DNA of 64,000 nucleotides, from the NCBI GenBank assembly GCA_964586785.1, contig CAZPHS010000003.1, positions 69,062 to 133,061 of the forward strand, given 5' to 3'. Numbering within the stretch: position 1 is the first letter of the stretch; each line of letters opens with the position of its first letter. The notes beneath the pieces were generated by a model. It was not told the DNA's origin, searched no databases, and saw only the letters and a program-made list of their open reading frames with translations. The stretch is from an uncultured Christensenellaceae bacterium (lineage in GTDB: Bacteria > Bacillota > Clostridia > Christensenellales > SZUA-584). The translations under genes and the position numbers were made by a program. Positions 1 through 9,801 of the stretch are shown here, piece after piece.

Positions 1-329
1 AAGTTAAAAGGCACTGCGAAATAGGCTTTCGCATTATTTCGGGGTCCATTGACATGGCGCATATAGCAAGGACTGTGCTGGCGCATCACGAGCGCTTCGA
101 CGGCAAGGGCTACCCGAGCGGAATAGCGGGCGAGGATATACCTTTAAAGGCGAGAATACTGGCAGTCGCGGATACTTACGACGCTATGATAAACGAAAGG
201 CCTTATCGCAAGCCGTTTTCTAAGCGGGCGGCTTTAAAAGAAATAGCGGCTTTAAGCGGAGCCCAGTTTGACCCGAAGGTAGTCGAGGCTTTTTTAAAGC
301 TTATGGAAAACGACAGCGACGAAAAATAA
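1..329 (+). CDS. HD-GYP domain protein, C-terminal fragment (5' end lies outside the window)
   Basis: Frame is open to the window edge. HHERFDGKGYPSG matches the HD-GYP signature. The tail resembles the C-terminus of the REC-HD-GYP protein at 12545..13576. Confidence 0.8.
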   Translation, partial: VKRHCEIGFRIISGSIDMAHIARTVLAHHERFDGKGYPSGIAGEDIPLKARILAVADTYDAMINERPYRKPFSKRAALKEIAALSGAQFDPKVVEAFLKLMENDSDEK

Positions 330-389
330 TTTTAATTGCAAGTTAAATATAATAACCGCGTCTTAGGCGGAGGCATGAGGAGATACAGT

Positions 390-1421
390 ATGAGGAAGCT
401 TTCAACACTCGAATGGGACGGACGGAGCCTTGAGCTGCTGGACCAAACGCGGCTGCCGGCCGATACGGTATATTTGAGCATTGATACCGCGAAAGGCGTA
501 TGGGAAGCGATAAACACGATGCAGGTGCGCGGGGCGCCCGCTATTGGCGTGACGGCCGCGTACGGTATGGTGCTCGCGGCGCGCGGCATTAAAGAAACGT
601 CTTTCAAACCGTTTTTGCGGCAGCTGAAAAAGCAGGGAAACATGCTGGCGTCCGCGCGTCCTACCGCGGTTAATCTCCCGTGGGCTGTGGGACGTATGCT
701 GGACGCGGCAAGGATTTACGGCAAGATGGAAGGCATACTCCAACGGCTTGAGACGGAAGCCGTTACTATACACAAAGAAGATATGTTTACAAACAGGCGC
801 ATAGGCGAATTCGCTCTTGGGTTCTTAAAGGACGGATACGGAGTGCTGACACACTGCAACGCCGGTATGCTTGCCACTACCAAATACGGTACGGGGCTGG
901 CGGCTTTTTATCTCGCGAAAGAACGCGGTATAAATATAAAAGTGTATGTTGACGAGACGCGTCCGCGGTTTCAGGGCGCGTCGCTTACGGCGTATGAGCT
1001 TTTGCATTCGGGAATAGACGTAACTTTGATATGCGACAGCACCGCGGCCGTGCTTATGGCGCAGGGAAAGATAAACGCGGTTTTAACCGGCTGCGACAGG
1101 GTGGCTGCCAACGGTGATATAGCGAACAAGATAGGCACATTCGGATTGTCTATCGCCGCCAAACATTTCGGCATACCGGTATATGTGGCGGCGCCTGTTT
1201 CGACTATAGACTTAGGCTGCGAAAGCGGCGCGCAGATACCCATAGAGGAACGCAGCGGAGACGAGATAACAATTATAGGCGACGTGCGCGTGGCGCCAGA
1301 GGGTGTAAAAACATACAATCCGGCTTTTGACATAACTCCGGCGGAGAATATAACGGCGATTATCACCGAACACGGAGCGGCGTTCCCGCCTTTTGAAGAA
1401 GGGCTCAAAGCGCTGTTTTAG
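390..1421 (+). CDS. mtnA: S-methyl-5-thioribose-1-phosphate isomerase (eIF-2B alpha/beta/delta-like family)
   Basis: Motifs LDQTRLP, RGAPAIG, THCNAG, DETRPRFQG, GCDRVAANGDIANKIGT. The ATG at 390 follows GAGGAG (377..382) by 7 nt; the ORF-track start at 336 has no SD. Confidence 0.85.
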   Translation: MRKLSTLEWDGRSLELLDQTRLPADTVYLSIDTAKGVWEAINTMQVRGAPAIGVTAAYGMVLAARGIKETSFKPFLRQLKKQGNMLASARPTAVNLPWAVGRMLDAARIYGKMEGILQRLETEAVTIHKEDMFTNRRIGEFALGFLKDGYGVLTHCNAGMLATTKYGTGLAAFYLAKERGINIKVYVDETRPRFQGASLTAYELLHSGIDVTLICDSTAAVLMAQGKINAVLTGCDRVAANGDIANKIGTFGLSIAAKHFGIPVYVAAPVSTIDLGCESGAQIPIEERSGDEITIIGDVRVAPEGVKTYNPAFDITPAENITAIITEHGAAFPPFEEGLKALF

Positions 1422-1431
1422 AAATAAAAAC

Positions 1432-1460
1432 GCCCGCGACATATACCGCGGGCTTTTTTA
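1432..1460 (+). terminator. Rho-independent terminator after mtnA
   Basis: GCCCGCG / CGCGGGC stem with an 8-nt loop, followed by a T-run. Confidence 0.8.
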
Positions 1461-1579
1461 TTTTCTCTTTGATTTTTTCGCGGCGGGTCGCCGGATTTAT
1501 TATTGTTTTGCAAGCGCATAGAACAGCCGCATAATTGGCTATCATATAATCAAAAGGTTAAAAAGGGGATTATTAAGTT

Positions 1580-3499
1580 ATGATGTACGAAAGATTTCTC
1601 TCTCCGGGAAAGATAGGACGGCTGACGCTTAAAAACCGCTGCATTTTCCCTCCCATGGGCTCGGGTTATGTCACGGAGGAGCATCCCCGCGATGTGCTTG
1701 CGGACTATCACGCGCGGCGCGCGCGGGGCGGCTGCGCCATGAATATAGTAGAGATTGCGTCGGTGCATATAACAAGCAGTGCGCCTAATATTATAGGCAT
1801 TTACGACGATAAATTTTTAACCGGATTAAGCGGGCTGGCAAAAGCCATAAAGGACAACGGAGGGATTGCGTGCATACAGCTTTGGCACGGCGGGCGGCAG
1901 ACGTCCGGAAAGCCGTTCGGCGGGAAACCCTTTGCTCCCTCGGCGATAACCTGCGCAATGATAGGCGAAGAACCTCACGCTATGACGGCGGACGAGGCTG
2001 CCGAAATAATATGCGCCTTTGGGGACGCCGCCAAAAGAGCGAAAGAAGCGGGCTTTGACGCCGTGGAAATACACGGCGCTCACGGCTATCTTATTGATTC
2101 CTTTTTAAACCCGTATACAAACAAGCGCGAGGATAAATACGGCGGCAGCCCCGAGAACAGGGCAAGGTTCGGATGCGAGGTTATAGCTGACGTAAGAAAA
2201 AAGACGGGGCACGATTACACAGTGCTTTTCAGGATGAGCGCCCGGGAAAATGTTGAAGGCGGCATAGAGCTTGACGACGCGATAGACGCCGCAAAGCGTT
2301 ACGAGGCTTCCGGCATAGACGCGCTTGACGTATCGCAAGGGTGCTATGACGCGATGACATACACCGTTCCGCCGTATTTCTATCCGCACATGATAAACGC
2401 CAAAAACGCGGGGGCCATAAAAAAAAGCACGGGCGTGCCTATGGTTGTTGCCGGAAGAATAACTTCGCCGGATATCGCGGAACACATACTGCAAAAGGGG
2501 TACGCGGATTTTATATCTCTCGGACGTCCCCAGCTTGCCGACCCCGATTTTGTCAGAAAAACGGCGGAAGGGCGCGCGGAGCAGATTGTGCGTTGCATAG
2601 CGTGCAACCAAGGTTGCGTAGGCCGTATGTTTGCGGGGCTCGGCGCAAGCTGCATATTTACGCCCGCGACGGGGAACGAGAAAAAAGCGGTTGTTTTGCC
2701 CGCGCAAAAAAAGAAGAAGGTTCTTGTTGTGGGGGGAGGTCCGGCCGGTTTGGAGGCGGCGCGGGTTGCAGCGGAGAGGGGGCATAAAGTGACGCTGTTT
2801 GAAAAAACGGTATCGCTGGGAGGACAGTTTCTGCAGGCCGGCAGAGCGCCGCACAAGCGCGAGTTTGGCGCGTCCGCGGAGCACATGGGATACCGCGCGC
2901 ATAAAGCCGGAGTTGATATAAAACTGTATACGAAGGCAACGCCCGAGAGGATAAGGCAAATAGAGCCGGATGTAATAATAATCGCGACCGGCAGCGAGCC
3001 AAGCTTTCCCGATATACCCGGAATACATAACGATAATGTGTACGAAGGCAGGCTTGTTGTTTCCGGATATACTTTTATAAGAGAGCAGAATGTGGCGGTA
3101 ATAGGCGGCGGGCTTATAGGGCTTGAGGCCATGGAAGTTTTGACGGCGCAGGGGAAAGCGGTAACCGTGGTGGAAATGCAAGACGAGATTGGTAAGGACC
3201 TTGAGATGTATATACGCCCGTATATGCTTGAGATTATAAAACGGTACGGCGTTAAAATATTAACCGGCGCGAAGTGCATAGCCATAGGCGACGGATATAT
3301 AAAAGCAAAGAAGAACGGCGGGGAGATTGACTTGGCGTGCGGCGCCGCGGTTATAGCCGTGGGCGCGAGGCCAAATGAGGACGTTAAAGATATGGCCGAG
3401 GCTTTGGGCATAGAGTATCATATTATAGGCGACGCGAAATGCCCCGACAAGGTGCTTCCCGCCATATGGGGCGGCAACGAGATTGCGCGAAGCCTGTAA
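1580..3499 (+). CDS. 2-enoate reductase / 2,4-dienoyl-CoA reductase family flavoenzyme (OYE-like FMN domain + [4Fe-4S] + FAD/NAD(P) domain)
   Basis: N-terminal OYE-type TIM barrel (HGAHGYLIDSFL), CIACNQGC cluster motif, then two dinucleotide folds (VVGGGPAGLEAA, VIGGGLIGLEA). Confidence 0.8.
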   Translation: MMYERFLSPGKIGRLTLKNRCIFPPMGSGYVTEEHPRDVLADYHARRARGGCAMNIVEIASVHITSSAPNIIGIYDDKFLTGLSGLAKAIKDNGGIACIQLWHGGRQTSGKPFGGKPFAPSAITCAMIGEEPHAMTADEAAEIICAFGDAAKRAKEAGFDAVEIHGAHGYLIDSFLNPYTNKREDKYGGSPENRARFGCEVIADVRKKTGHDYTVLFRMSARENVEGGIELDDAIDAAKRYEASGIDALDVSQGCYDAMTYTVPPYFYPHMINAKNAGAIKKSTGVPMVVAGRITSPDIAEHILQKGYADFISLGRPQLADPDFVRKTAEGRAEQIVRCIACNQGCVGRMFAGLGASCIFTPATGNEKKAVVLPAQKKKKVLVVGGGPAGLEAARVAAERGHKVTLFEKTVSLGGQFLQAGRAPHKREFGASAEHMGYRAHKAGVDIKLYTKATPERIRQIEPDVIIIATGSEPSFPDIPGIHNDNVYEGRLVVSGYTFIREQNVAVIGGGLIGLEAMEVLTAQGKAVTVVEMQDEIGKDLEMYIRPYMLEIIKRYGVKILTGAKCIAIGDGYIKAKKNGGEIDLACGAAVIAVGARPNEDVKDMAEALGIEYHIIGDAKCPDKVLPAIWGGNEIARSL

Positions 3500-3555
3500 G
3501 AGGTATTAATAAGAGCCGAGGCGGCGCCGAGGCTCTTTATATTTGCCGTAATTAG

Positions 3556-3960
3556 TTATTCTCCGGCTTGCTCTTTGGTGTCCGCGGAGCATGTTTTACA
3601 ATCAGATTCTTTCGAACACGTTTCAAAATCGCCCGTAAACAGCTTTAATATTATATGCGTTATGGGAATGGCAAAAAAGATAAGCCAGCCCGGATGCCAA
3701 AGGCGCAATATAAATCCCATATAAAGATACGCCACTACACAGCATACAGATACAATTGCGGAAACCGCGGCGGCTATGTGACGTTTGCTGGTAAATACAT
3801 CGACTATTGCGGAAACTACAGGAATTGAAATAAATATAAGCCAAGTGGGATGCCAGGTGTGCATTACAAAACCGATGTATAAAAACACAACAGTTGAAAG
3901 CAGAGCGGTAAGACTTATAATCGCTCCTCCGACAGCAGATTTTTTCGCGGACTTTGTCAT
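3556..3960 (-). CDS. Small integral membrane protein with internal duplication and a Cys-rich cytoplasmic tail
   Basis: Two homologous halves (GFVMHTWHPTWLIFISIPV / GFILRLWHPGWLIFFAIPI). GGAGG lies 8 nt before the ATG at 3960, so the ORF-track start at 3975 contains the SD itself. Confidence 0.6.
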   Translation of the reverse strand: MTKSAKKSAVGGAIISLTALLSTVVFLYIGFVMHTWHPTWLIFISIPVVSAIVDVFTSKRHIAAAVSAIVSVCCVVAYLYMGFILRLWHPGWLIFFAIPITHIILKLFTGDFETCSKESDCKTCSADTKEQAGE

Positions 3961-4095
3961 ATAAAAAACCTCCATAAAAAACTGTTAATTATTACTGTTT
4001 AATTATATTATATTTGTGTAATCCGCGCAATAATTTTAGCGTGCGGGGAACACTGTCCAATCGGTAATTTTTTAAATAATTTGAGTATAAAAAGC

Positions 4096-4151
4096 TTGCA
4101 ATTTGCTCTTTTTTATTATATCATGCATACATAAGGTCAAAGAAAGTCAAA
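4096..4151 (+). promoter_or_regulatory. SigA-type promoter plus CtsR operator upstream of the J-protein/clpB operon
   Basis: TTGCAA (4096..4101), 17 nt, TATCAT (4119..4124). GGTCAAA-GAA-AGTCAAA at 4135..4151 matches the CtsR heptad direct repeat (A/GGTCAAA NAN A/GGTCAAA). Confidence 0.75.
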
Positions 4152-4194
4152 GTATTATTATGGAAGGATAACGGCTGCCGGAAGGAGGAAAGCG

Positions 4195-5172
4195 GTGGAA
4201 TATAAGGATTATTATAAAACGCTGGGCGTTGAAAAGACAGCGCCGCAGGATGAGATAAAAAAAGCGTACAGAAGGCTCGCGAAAAAGCATCACCCGGACG
4301 CCAATAAGGGCGACAGTGCGTCGGAGGCAAAGTTTAAAGAGATAAGCGAAGCTTATGAGGTGCTGGGCGATGAACAAAAGCGCAAGAAGTACGACGCTTT
4401 CGGCAGCCGGACGCAGTTTTCGGGCGGGCATAACTTCGATCCGGCGCAGTACGGTTTTGGCGGCGGCAACGTAAGATATGAATACGCGGGAGCGGGAGAC
4501 CGCAGCGATTTTTTTAACATGTTCTTTTCCGGCGCTTTTGACGATTTGTTCTCGGCGGCGCGCGAAGGCGGCGGAGGTACATATTATTATCAAAGCGGCG
4601 ATGATATGGATTTTTTTACGGGCGGCGGGAGGCAGAGAGGCGCGTATGACGGAGAGAATATAGAGGCGCGGATAAGCTTAACGCCGCGGGAAGGCGCGGC
4701 GGGAGTTTCAAGGCAGATTGCCGTAAAAACGGAGAACGGAACGCGAACAATAAACTTTAAAGTACCCGCGGGAGTTCGCGACGGGGAAACTATAAGGCTG
4801 AAAGGTCAAGGCCGGCAGGGGCAGGGCGGCGGCAAGAGCGGAGATTTATTGCTGACTGTGAGCATGGAAAAGGACGCCAAATATATGTTTGACGGCGACA
4901 AGCTTATTATGCGTGCCGATATAAATCCGTGGGACGCGGCTCTTGGCACAAAGCTGCCCGCGGACACGCTGGACGGGCGTATAATGGTGAACGTGCCCGC
5001 CGGAGTGCAGACGGGAAGCAAAATAAGGGTGGCGGGCAAAGGATACCCTTTCAGGGGCAAGGCGAGGGGTGATCTTCTTATAGAGTTTAGCATAAAAAAC
5101 CCCGTCAGCTTGACTGACGCGCAGAAAAAGCTTTATGAGCAGCTGCGCGAGAAGTCAAAAAAACAGGAGTAA
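4195..5172 (+). CDS. J-domain co-chaperone, CbpA/DnaJ-like (no zinc-finger domain)
   Basis: DYYKTLGV...KKHHPD J-domain, G/F-rich linker and C-terminal DnaJ_C-like repeats, with no CxxCxGxG motifs. GTG start sits 6 nt after GGAGG. Confidence 0.85.
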   Translation: MEYKDYYKTLGVEKTAPQDEIKKAYRRLAKKHHPDANKGDSASEAKFKEISEAYEVLGDEQKRKKYDAFGSRTQFSGGHNFDPAQYGFGGGNVRYEYAGAGDRSDFFNMFFSGAFDDLFSAAREGGGGTYYYQSGDDMDFFTGGGRQRGAYDGENIEARISLTPREGAAGVSRQIAVKTENGTRTINFKVPAGVRDGETIRLKGQGRQGQGGGKSGDLLLTVSMEKDAKYMFDGDKLIMRADINPWDAALGTKLPADTLDGRIMVNVPAGVQTGSKIRVAGKGYPFRGKARGDLLIEFSIKNPVSLTDAQKKLYEQLREKSKKQE

Positions 5173-5186
5173 AGGAGAGAATATAT

Positions 5187-7787
5187 ATGGAGCTTGACAG
5201 ATTAACGGAAAAAGCGGCCGCCGCTGTGAGCGAAGCCCAGCAGATTGGTATACGTGACGGACACCAGCAGATAGACGGAGAGCATCTGCATTTAGCGCTT
5301 GTGTCGCAGCGTGACGGGCTGATACCCAAATTGCTGCATTATATGGGAATTGATACGCCGGCGTATATTACGGCGCTGGAAAGCGAGCTTGAAAAGCTGC
5401 CAAAGGTGCGGGGCGCTTCGGCGGCCGTTTACGCGTCGCGGCGGTTCGGCGAGATTATTGTGCGCGCTCAGGACGAGGCAAAACGTTTTAAAGACGAATA
5501 CACCGGTGTAGAGCATATTTATATAGCGCTTATTAAAGAGCGCGGTACGCCGTCCGCGGCGCTGTTCGACAAATTCGGGGTAACGCCGGATAAGTTTATG
5601 GCGGCGCTGTCTAAGGTACGCGGAAACCAGCGCGTAACGTCGCAGAACCCGGAGGAGACTTACGATTCGCTGACGCGGTTTGGGCGTGACCTTGTGGAGC
5701 TCGCGCGGCAGGGGAAGATAGACCCCGTGATAGGGCGTGACGGAGAGATACGCCGGGCGATAAGAATATTATCGCGCCGCACAAAAAACAATCCCGTGCT
5801 TATAGGCGAACCGGGCGTTGGGAAAACCGCGGTTGTGGAAGGGTTGGCGCAGCGTATACTCGCCGGAGACGTTCCCGAGGGTTTAAAGGATAAATCAATT
5901 TTCGCGCTGGATTTGGGCGCGCTTATAGCCGGGGCGAAATATCGCGGAGAGTTTGAGGAACGGTTAAAAGCGGTGCTTTCGGATATAAACAAATCCGACG
6001 GCCGCATAATATTGTTTATAGACGAGCTGCACAACATTGTCGGCGCGGGCAAGGCCGAGGGCGCTATGGACGCGGGCAACATTTTAAAGCCCATGCTGGC
6101 GAGGGGAGAGCTGCACTGCATAGGCGCGACGACGCTCGACGAATACCGCGTATACATAGAAAAGGACGCGGCGCTTGAAAGGCGGTTCCAGCCCATACTT
6201 GTTGAGCCGCCGTCGGTGGAGGATACAATCTCCATACTGCGCGGACTAAAAGAGAGGTTCGAGATTCACCACGGCGTAAAAATTACCGACAGCGCGCTTA
6301 TATCCTGCGCGGTGCTGTCCGACCGTTATATATCCGACAGGTTTTTGCCCGACAAGGCTATAGATTTGATGGATGAGGCGGCCGCTATGATACGCACCGA
6401 GATAGACAGTATGCCCGCGGAGCTTGACGAGATATCAAGGCGCGTTATGCAGCTTGAGGTGGAACGGCAGGCTCTGAAAAAAGAAAAGGACGCGGCAAGC
6501 CGGACGCGGCTGTCCGTTTTGGAGAAAGAGCTTTCGGCGCAAAAGGAGCAGGCCGATAAGTTAAAGGCGCAGTGGGAGCTAGAAAAAGCGGCGCTGCTGC
6601 GAGAGAAGGAGTTAAAGCGGCAGATTGAGGAGGCAAGGCGGCAGATAGAGGACGCGAAAAGGCGGTATGATTTTGAGCTGGCCGCCAAGCTTGAGTACGG
6701 CGGACTGCCCGGGCTTTTGCGGCGGCTTGATGAGGAACGCGCGAGGAATCAAAGGGCGGAAAATGTGCTTTTGAAAGAGGAGGTAACCGAAGAGGAGATA
6801 GCGCAGATAGTCTCGCGCTGGACGGGTATACCCGTGGCGAGGCTTGTTGAGCAGGAGCGCGATAAGCTGCTGAATCTTGAGAGCATACTGCACAGGCGCG
6901 TTATAGGGCAAAACGAGGCGGTCGCCGCCGTAAGCGAGGCCGTTCTGCGCGCGAGAAGCGGGCTTAAAGACCCGAAGCGTCCTATAGGTTCGTTTATTTT
7001 TCTTGGACCTACGGGCGTCGGAAAGACGGAGCTTGCCCGCGCCGTTTCCGAGGCGTTGTTTGACAGCGAGGAAAATATGGTGCGCATAGATATGTCCGAG
7101 TACATGGAAAAGCACGCCGTGGCGCGTCTTATAGGAGCGCCTCCGGGATACATAGGATACGACGAGGGCGGGCAGCTTACCGAGGCTGTGCGCAGAAGGC
7201 CGTATTGCGTTATACTGTTTGACGAGATAGAAAAAGCGCATAACGATGTGTTCAACGTGCTTTTGCAGCTTTTGGACGACGGGCGTTTAACCGACAGCAG
7301 GGGGCGTACCGTGGATTTTAAGAATACCGTTGTTATAATGACGAGCAACATAGGCAGCGAGCGTTTGCTTACCGGTATAGATAAGTCGGGCGAGCTTGGG
7401 GGAGACGCTAAAAATCAAGTGCTGGCCGAGCTTTCAAGGCATTTCAGGCCCGAGTTTTTAAACCGCGTTGACGACACGGTGGTATTCAGACCGCTTAAAA
7501 TGGAGGATATTATAAGCATAATTGATTTGTCGGCGGAAGCATTGCAAAAAAGGCTCGCCGAGCGAAATATAACGCTTAGCTTAACGGATTCGGCAAAGCG
7601 GCTTATAGCTAAGGCTTCGTACACGCCGGTATACGGCGCGCGGCCTGTAAAAAGATATCTGCAAAAGGCAGTGGAGACAAAGCTTTCGCGAATGCTGGTT
7701 TCCGGCGAGGCTGCCGACGGCGCGTCCGTTACCGTGGACGCCGCGGACGGCGGGTTGGTGTTTGAGGTAAAGCAGGCGGGGGATTAG
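5187..7787 (+). CDS. clpB: ATP-dependent disaggregase ClpB
   Basis: Clp N-domain, two AAA+ modules ([16 protein letters not shown]) and a long coiled-coil M-domain between them. 866 aa. Confidence 0.95.
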   Translation: MELDRLTEKAAAAVSEAQQIGIRDGHQQIDGEHLHLALVSQRDGLIPKLLHYMGIDTPAYITALESELEKLPKVRGASAAVYASRRFGEIIVRAQDEAKRFKDEYTGVEHIYIALIKERGTPSAALFDKFGVTPDKFMAALSKVRGNQRVTSQNPEETYDSLTRFGRDLVELARQGKIDPVIGRDGEIRRAIRILSRRTKNNPVLIGEPGVGKTAVVEGLAQRILAGDVPEGLKDKSIFALDLGALIAGAKYRGEFEERLKAVLSDINKSDGRIILFIDELHNIVGAGKAEGAMDAGNILKPMLARGELHCIGATTLDEYRVYIEKDAALERRFQPILVEPPSVEDTISILRGLKERFEIHHGVKITDSALISCAVLSDRYISDRFLPDKAIDLMDEAAAMIRTEIDSMPAELDEISRRVMQLEVERQALKKEKDAASRTRLSVLEKELSAQKEQADKLKAQWELEKAALLREKELKRQIEEARRQIEDAKRRYDFELAAKLEYGGLPGLLRRLDEERARNQRAENVLLKEEVTEEEIAQIVSRWTGIPVARLVEQERDKLLNLESILHRRVIGQNEAVAAVSEAVLRARSGLKDPKRPIGSFIFLGPTGVGKTELARAVSEALFDSEENMVRIDMSEYMEKHAVARLIGAPPGYIGYDEGGQLTEAVRRRPYCVILFDEIEKAHNDVFNVLLQLLDDGRLTDSRGRTVDFKNTVVIMTSNIGSERLLTGIDKSGELGGDAKNQVLAELSRHFRPEFLNRVDDTVVFRPLKMEDIISIIDLSAEALQKRLAERNITLSLTDSAKRLIAKASYTPVYGARPVKRYLQKAVETKLSRMLVSGEAADGASVTVDAADGGLVFEVKQAGD

Positions 7788-7790
7788 TAC

Positions 7791-7817
7791 GGGGGCGCGG
7801 TTCCGCCCTCGTTTTTC
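7791..7817 (+). terminator. Rho-independent terminator after clpB
   Basis: GGGGGCG...CGCCCTC hairpin followed by GTTTTTC. Confidence 0.7.
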
Positions 7818-7907
7818 TTGTCTTTATATGGTTTAATCGGCTTTCTTTTAAAAATGACGGTTTTGATATAAGCGCGAGGCGGATAAATGGGATAAACCCG
7901 CCGAAAG

Positions 7908-8069
7908 TTATTCCTTAAGCAATTCGTTGCGTACAATAAGCCTGTCAACTTTCCGGCTTTGTTTTAAAACCGCCTTGTCGCGCAGTACGGAGCGTTCGTC
8001 CTTTTTATCAATAAGGTCGTTAAGCCGCTTGCACGCTTCCTTAAGTTCATTTTGATTCATCTCTTTCAT
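7908..8069 (-). CDS. Spo0E-family aspartyl-phosphate phosphatase-like small protein (53 aa, below ORF-track cutoff)
   Basis: Hand translation: MKEMNQNELKEACKRLNDLIDKKDERSVLRDKAVLKQSRKVDRLIVRNELLKE. GGAGG lies upstream at 8073..8077. The helix-turn-helix-length protein has an S-x-x-(L/V)D-x-LI motif as in Spo0E/YnzD/YisI. Confidence 0.65.
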   Translation of the reverse strand: MKEMNQNELKEACKRLNDLIDKKDERSVLRDKAVLKQSRKVDRLIVRNELLKE

Positions 8070-8386
8070 AGTTCCTCCAAAGATATAACATTATAAGAAA
8101 CGGCATAAGAGAATACGCCGCTCATATACAAATGATAGGTTGCGTTTACCAACGGAAACAAAACAAAAAGGGGCGGGACAAGATGTGATTTACGAATTTG
8201 AATGGCCGTTGATGAGCAAAAACCAAGTGAAATAATATATTGAAACGCGAAGAATGTCAATATAAAAACTTATAAAATTTTGTGGAAATGTTTGGGCGAA
8301 CCGATAGCGGTAAGCCTATACGCTTTTTAAAGCCGCCTGTGCCGATTATTAATTAAATATACGTAAATAAAAATACAAGTTTAAAT

Positions 8387-8415
8387 AAAAACCCCGCCTG
8401 CGCCGACGGGGTTTT
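8387..8415 (-). terminator. Terminator downstream of the DUF362 gene (hairpin flanked by A- and T-runs, potentially bidirectional)
   Basis: AAAAA-CCCCG-10 nt-CGGGG-TTTT. Confidence 0.7.
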
Positions 8416-8417
8416 GT

Positions 8418-9500
8418 CTATTCAATCGTTTTTAACTCATATTCCTGCGTGCCAAGCCCCAGCGTCGTCAGCTCTTTAAGCTGCATAAACGGGTCTTTGC
8501 CGTGCAAGCGCTCGAAAAGATGCCCTGTTGTTCCAAGCTGATGCTTTTGCGGTATGCCGTCGGTTATAAGATTCTCCGTTCGTATGGCGTCAAGGCTTGC
8601 GCGTTCGACAGCAACCATGTCGTCTCCCGCCATAACGCCTATATCGGGCACTAACGGCGGCGTGGATACGCCCCAGCAATCGCATACAAACGTAATATTA
8701 GTCAGAAAGTTTATATAGAATACGCTGTCGGGCTCAAACGTATCAAGAACCGTTTTTGTGCAAATCGCCATTCCTTTTTGAAAATCCGCGTAATCATGCG
8801 AATCAAGCGTTATGGCGCCGGTCGGGCATACTTTAACACAGTGCTGGCATATTGTGCAGTTGTGATAAAAAACGCTGTATTTGCCGTCGCTGTCAAAACT
8901 GTTGGCGTTGTGGTTGCAGCTTGTGATGCACGCCTCGCAGTGGGTGCATAGCGTTTCGTCCCACAGCAGCCCGCCCTCCAAACCGTGAATCTGCTGCCGT
9001 GTTCTGTCTGTTACGCAGCCCATGGCTATATTCTTGCACGCTCCGCCGTAAGCGCACGCGCCGTGCCCTTTAACGTGCGATAAGTTTATCATCGCCTCGG
9101 CGTCGTATATATGCCCGCCTATATCCACGTTTTTAAAGCCGCGGAACGAAACCTCTTTTTCATACACATATTTGTCCATAATGCCGCAGACAGGAACGAT
9201 GGGAACACCGAAATAATTTGTGGTGTATCCCCTGCGCTCGGCGCCGTCTATAACCTGGTCGGTAATATACGGCTTGGCTCCATAGCTTTTCAGCTTGTCT
9301 ATAAGTATACGCACGAAAAGAGGATGAATCGTTGTGAACCCTATGTTGCGCCCGACATGCATTTTAATCGCCGTCCATTTCCCTTTAACGGCGGCGCTTA
9401 AATTCATATTGTCAATCAGCTTTTCAAAACGCGCCGGAAGCGTTTCGCAAGGGTCGAGAGTTTTAAAAGTTACGGGAGCAAACAGTATTTTTGCGCTCAT
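8418..9500 (-). CDS. DUF362 domain protein with embedded 2x[4Fe-4S] ferredoxin domain
   Basis: DUF362-like N-terminus and core. CTHCEACITSC and CTICQHCVKVCP cluster motifs. Confidence 0.7.
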   Translation of the reverse strand: MSAKILFAPVTFKTLDPCETLPARFEKLIDNMNLSAAVKGKWTAIKMHVGRNIGFTTIHPLFVRILIDKLKSYGAKPYITDQVIDGAERRGYTTNYFGVPIVPVCGIMDKYVYEKEVSFRGFKNVDIGGHIYDAEAMINLSHVKGHGACAYGGACKNIAMGCVTDRTRQQIHGLEGGLLWDETLCTHCEACITSCNHNANSFDSDGKYSVFYHNCTICQHCVKVCPTGAITLDSHDYADFQKGMAICTKTVLDTFEPDSVFYINFLTNITFVCDCWGVSTPPLVPDIGVMAGDDMVAVERASLDAIRTENLITDGIPQKHQLGTTGHLFERLHGKDPFMQLKELTTLGLGTQEYELKTIE

Positions 9501-9801
9501 TTTTATCCTCCATTTTTGTAGTCAGCAGTATTGTATCATAACAGCACGCGGCAGCGGAAGTACACCGTCCAAATTAAACGGCGAACCCGACGTACATTTA
9601 AAATACGGCCACATACGGAAAAGACGGGGTTAAGCGAAAGCGCGGCGGACTGCCTCTCGTTTTGTAAAAATACGATTAGATGATTGTTTATGTGTTTAAT
9701 AATATAAGCGAACCATTTTTTAATTTAAATCGCATATGTTGTTTAAAAAGCCGGCCGCCGTATCCGCGGTCAGCGCTTTGCAAATATATGGGGAGATACG
9801 A

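Noticed and set aside
2105-3411. Long antisense ORFs inside the enoate-reductase gene (358 and 343 aa). Similar shadow ORFs occur inside clpB, hydA, hydB, mutL, mutS, proC (49862..50722) and the phage-like region (20327..20989, 20713..21474).
   Set aside because: They are Arg/Ser/Pro/Ala-rich low-complexity translations without SDs, opposite genes with strong family motifs. These are typical shadow ORFs of moderately GC-rich coding DNA.
4030-4060. TTAGCGTGC...CACTGTCCAA, examined as a possible CIRCE (HrcA) element upstream of the J-protein/clpB genes
   Set aside because: It does not form the TTAGCACTC-N9-GAGTGCTAA inverted repeat. The CtsR heptad repeat at 4135..4151 explains regulation better.
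8066-8260. 64-aa minus-strand ORF upstream of the Spo0E-like gene
   Set aside because: No SD and no recognisable features. It lies in the AT-rich promoter region and overlaps the Spo0E-like start codon.
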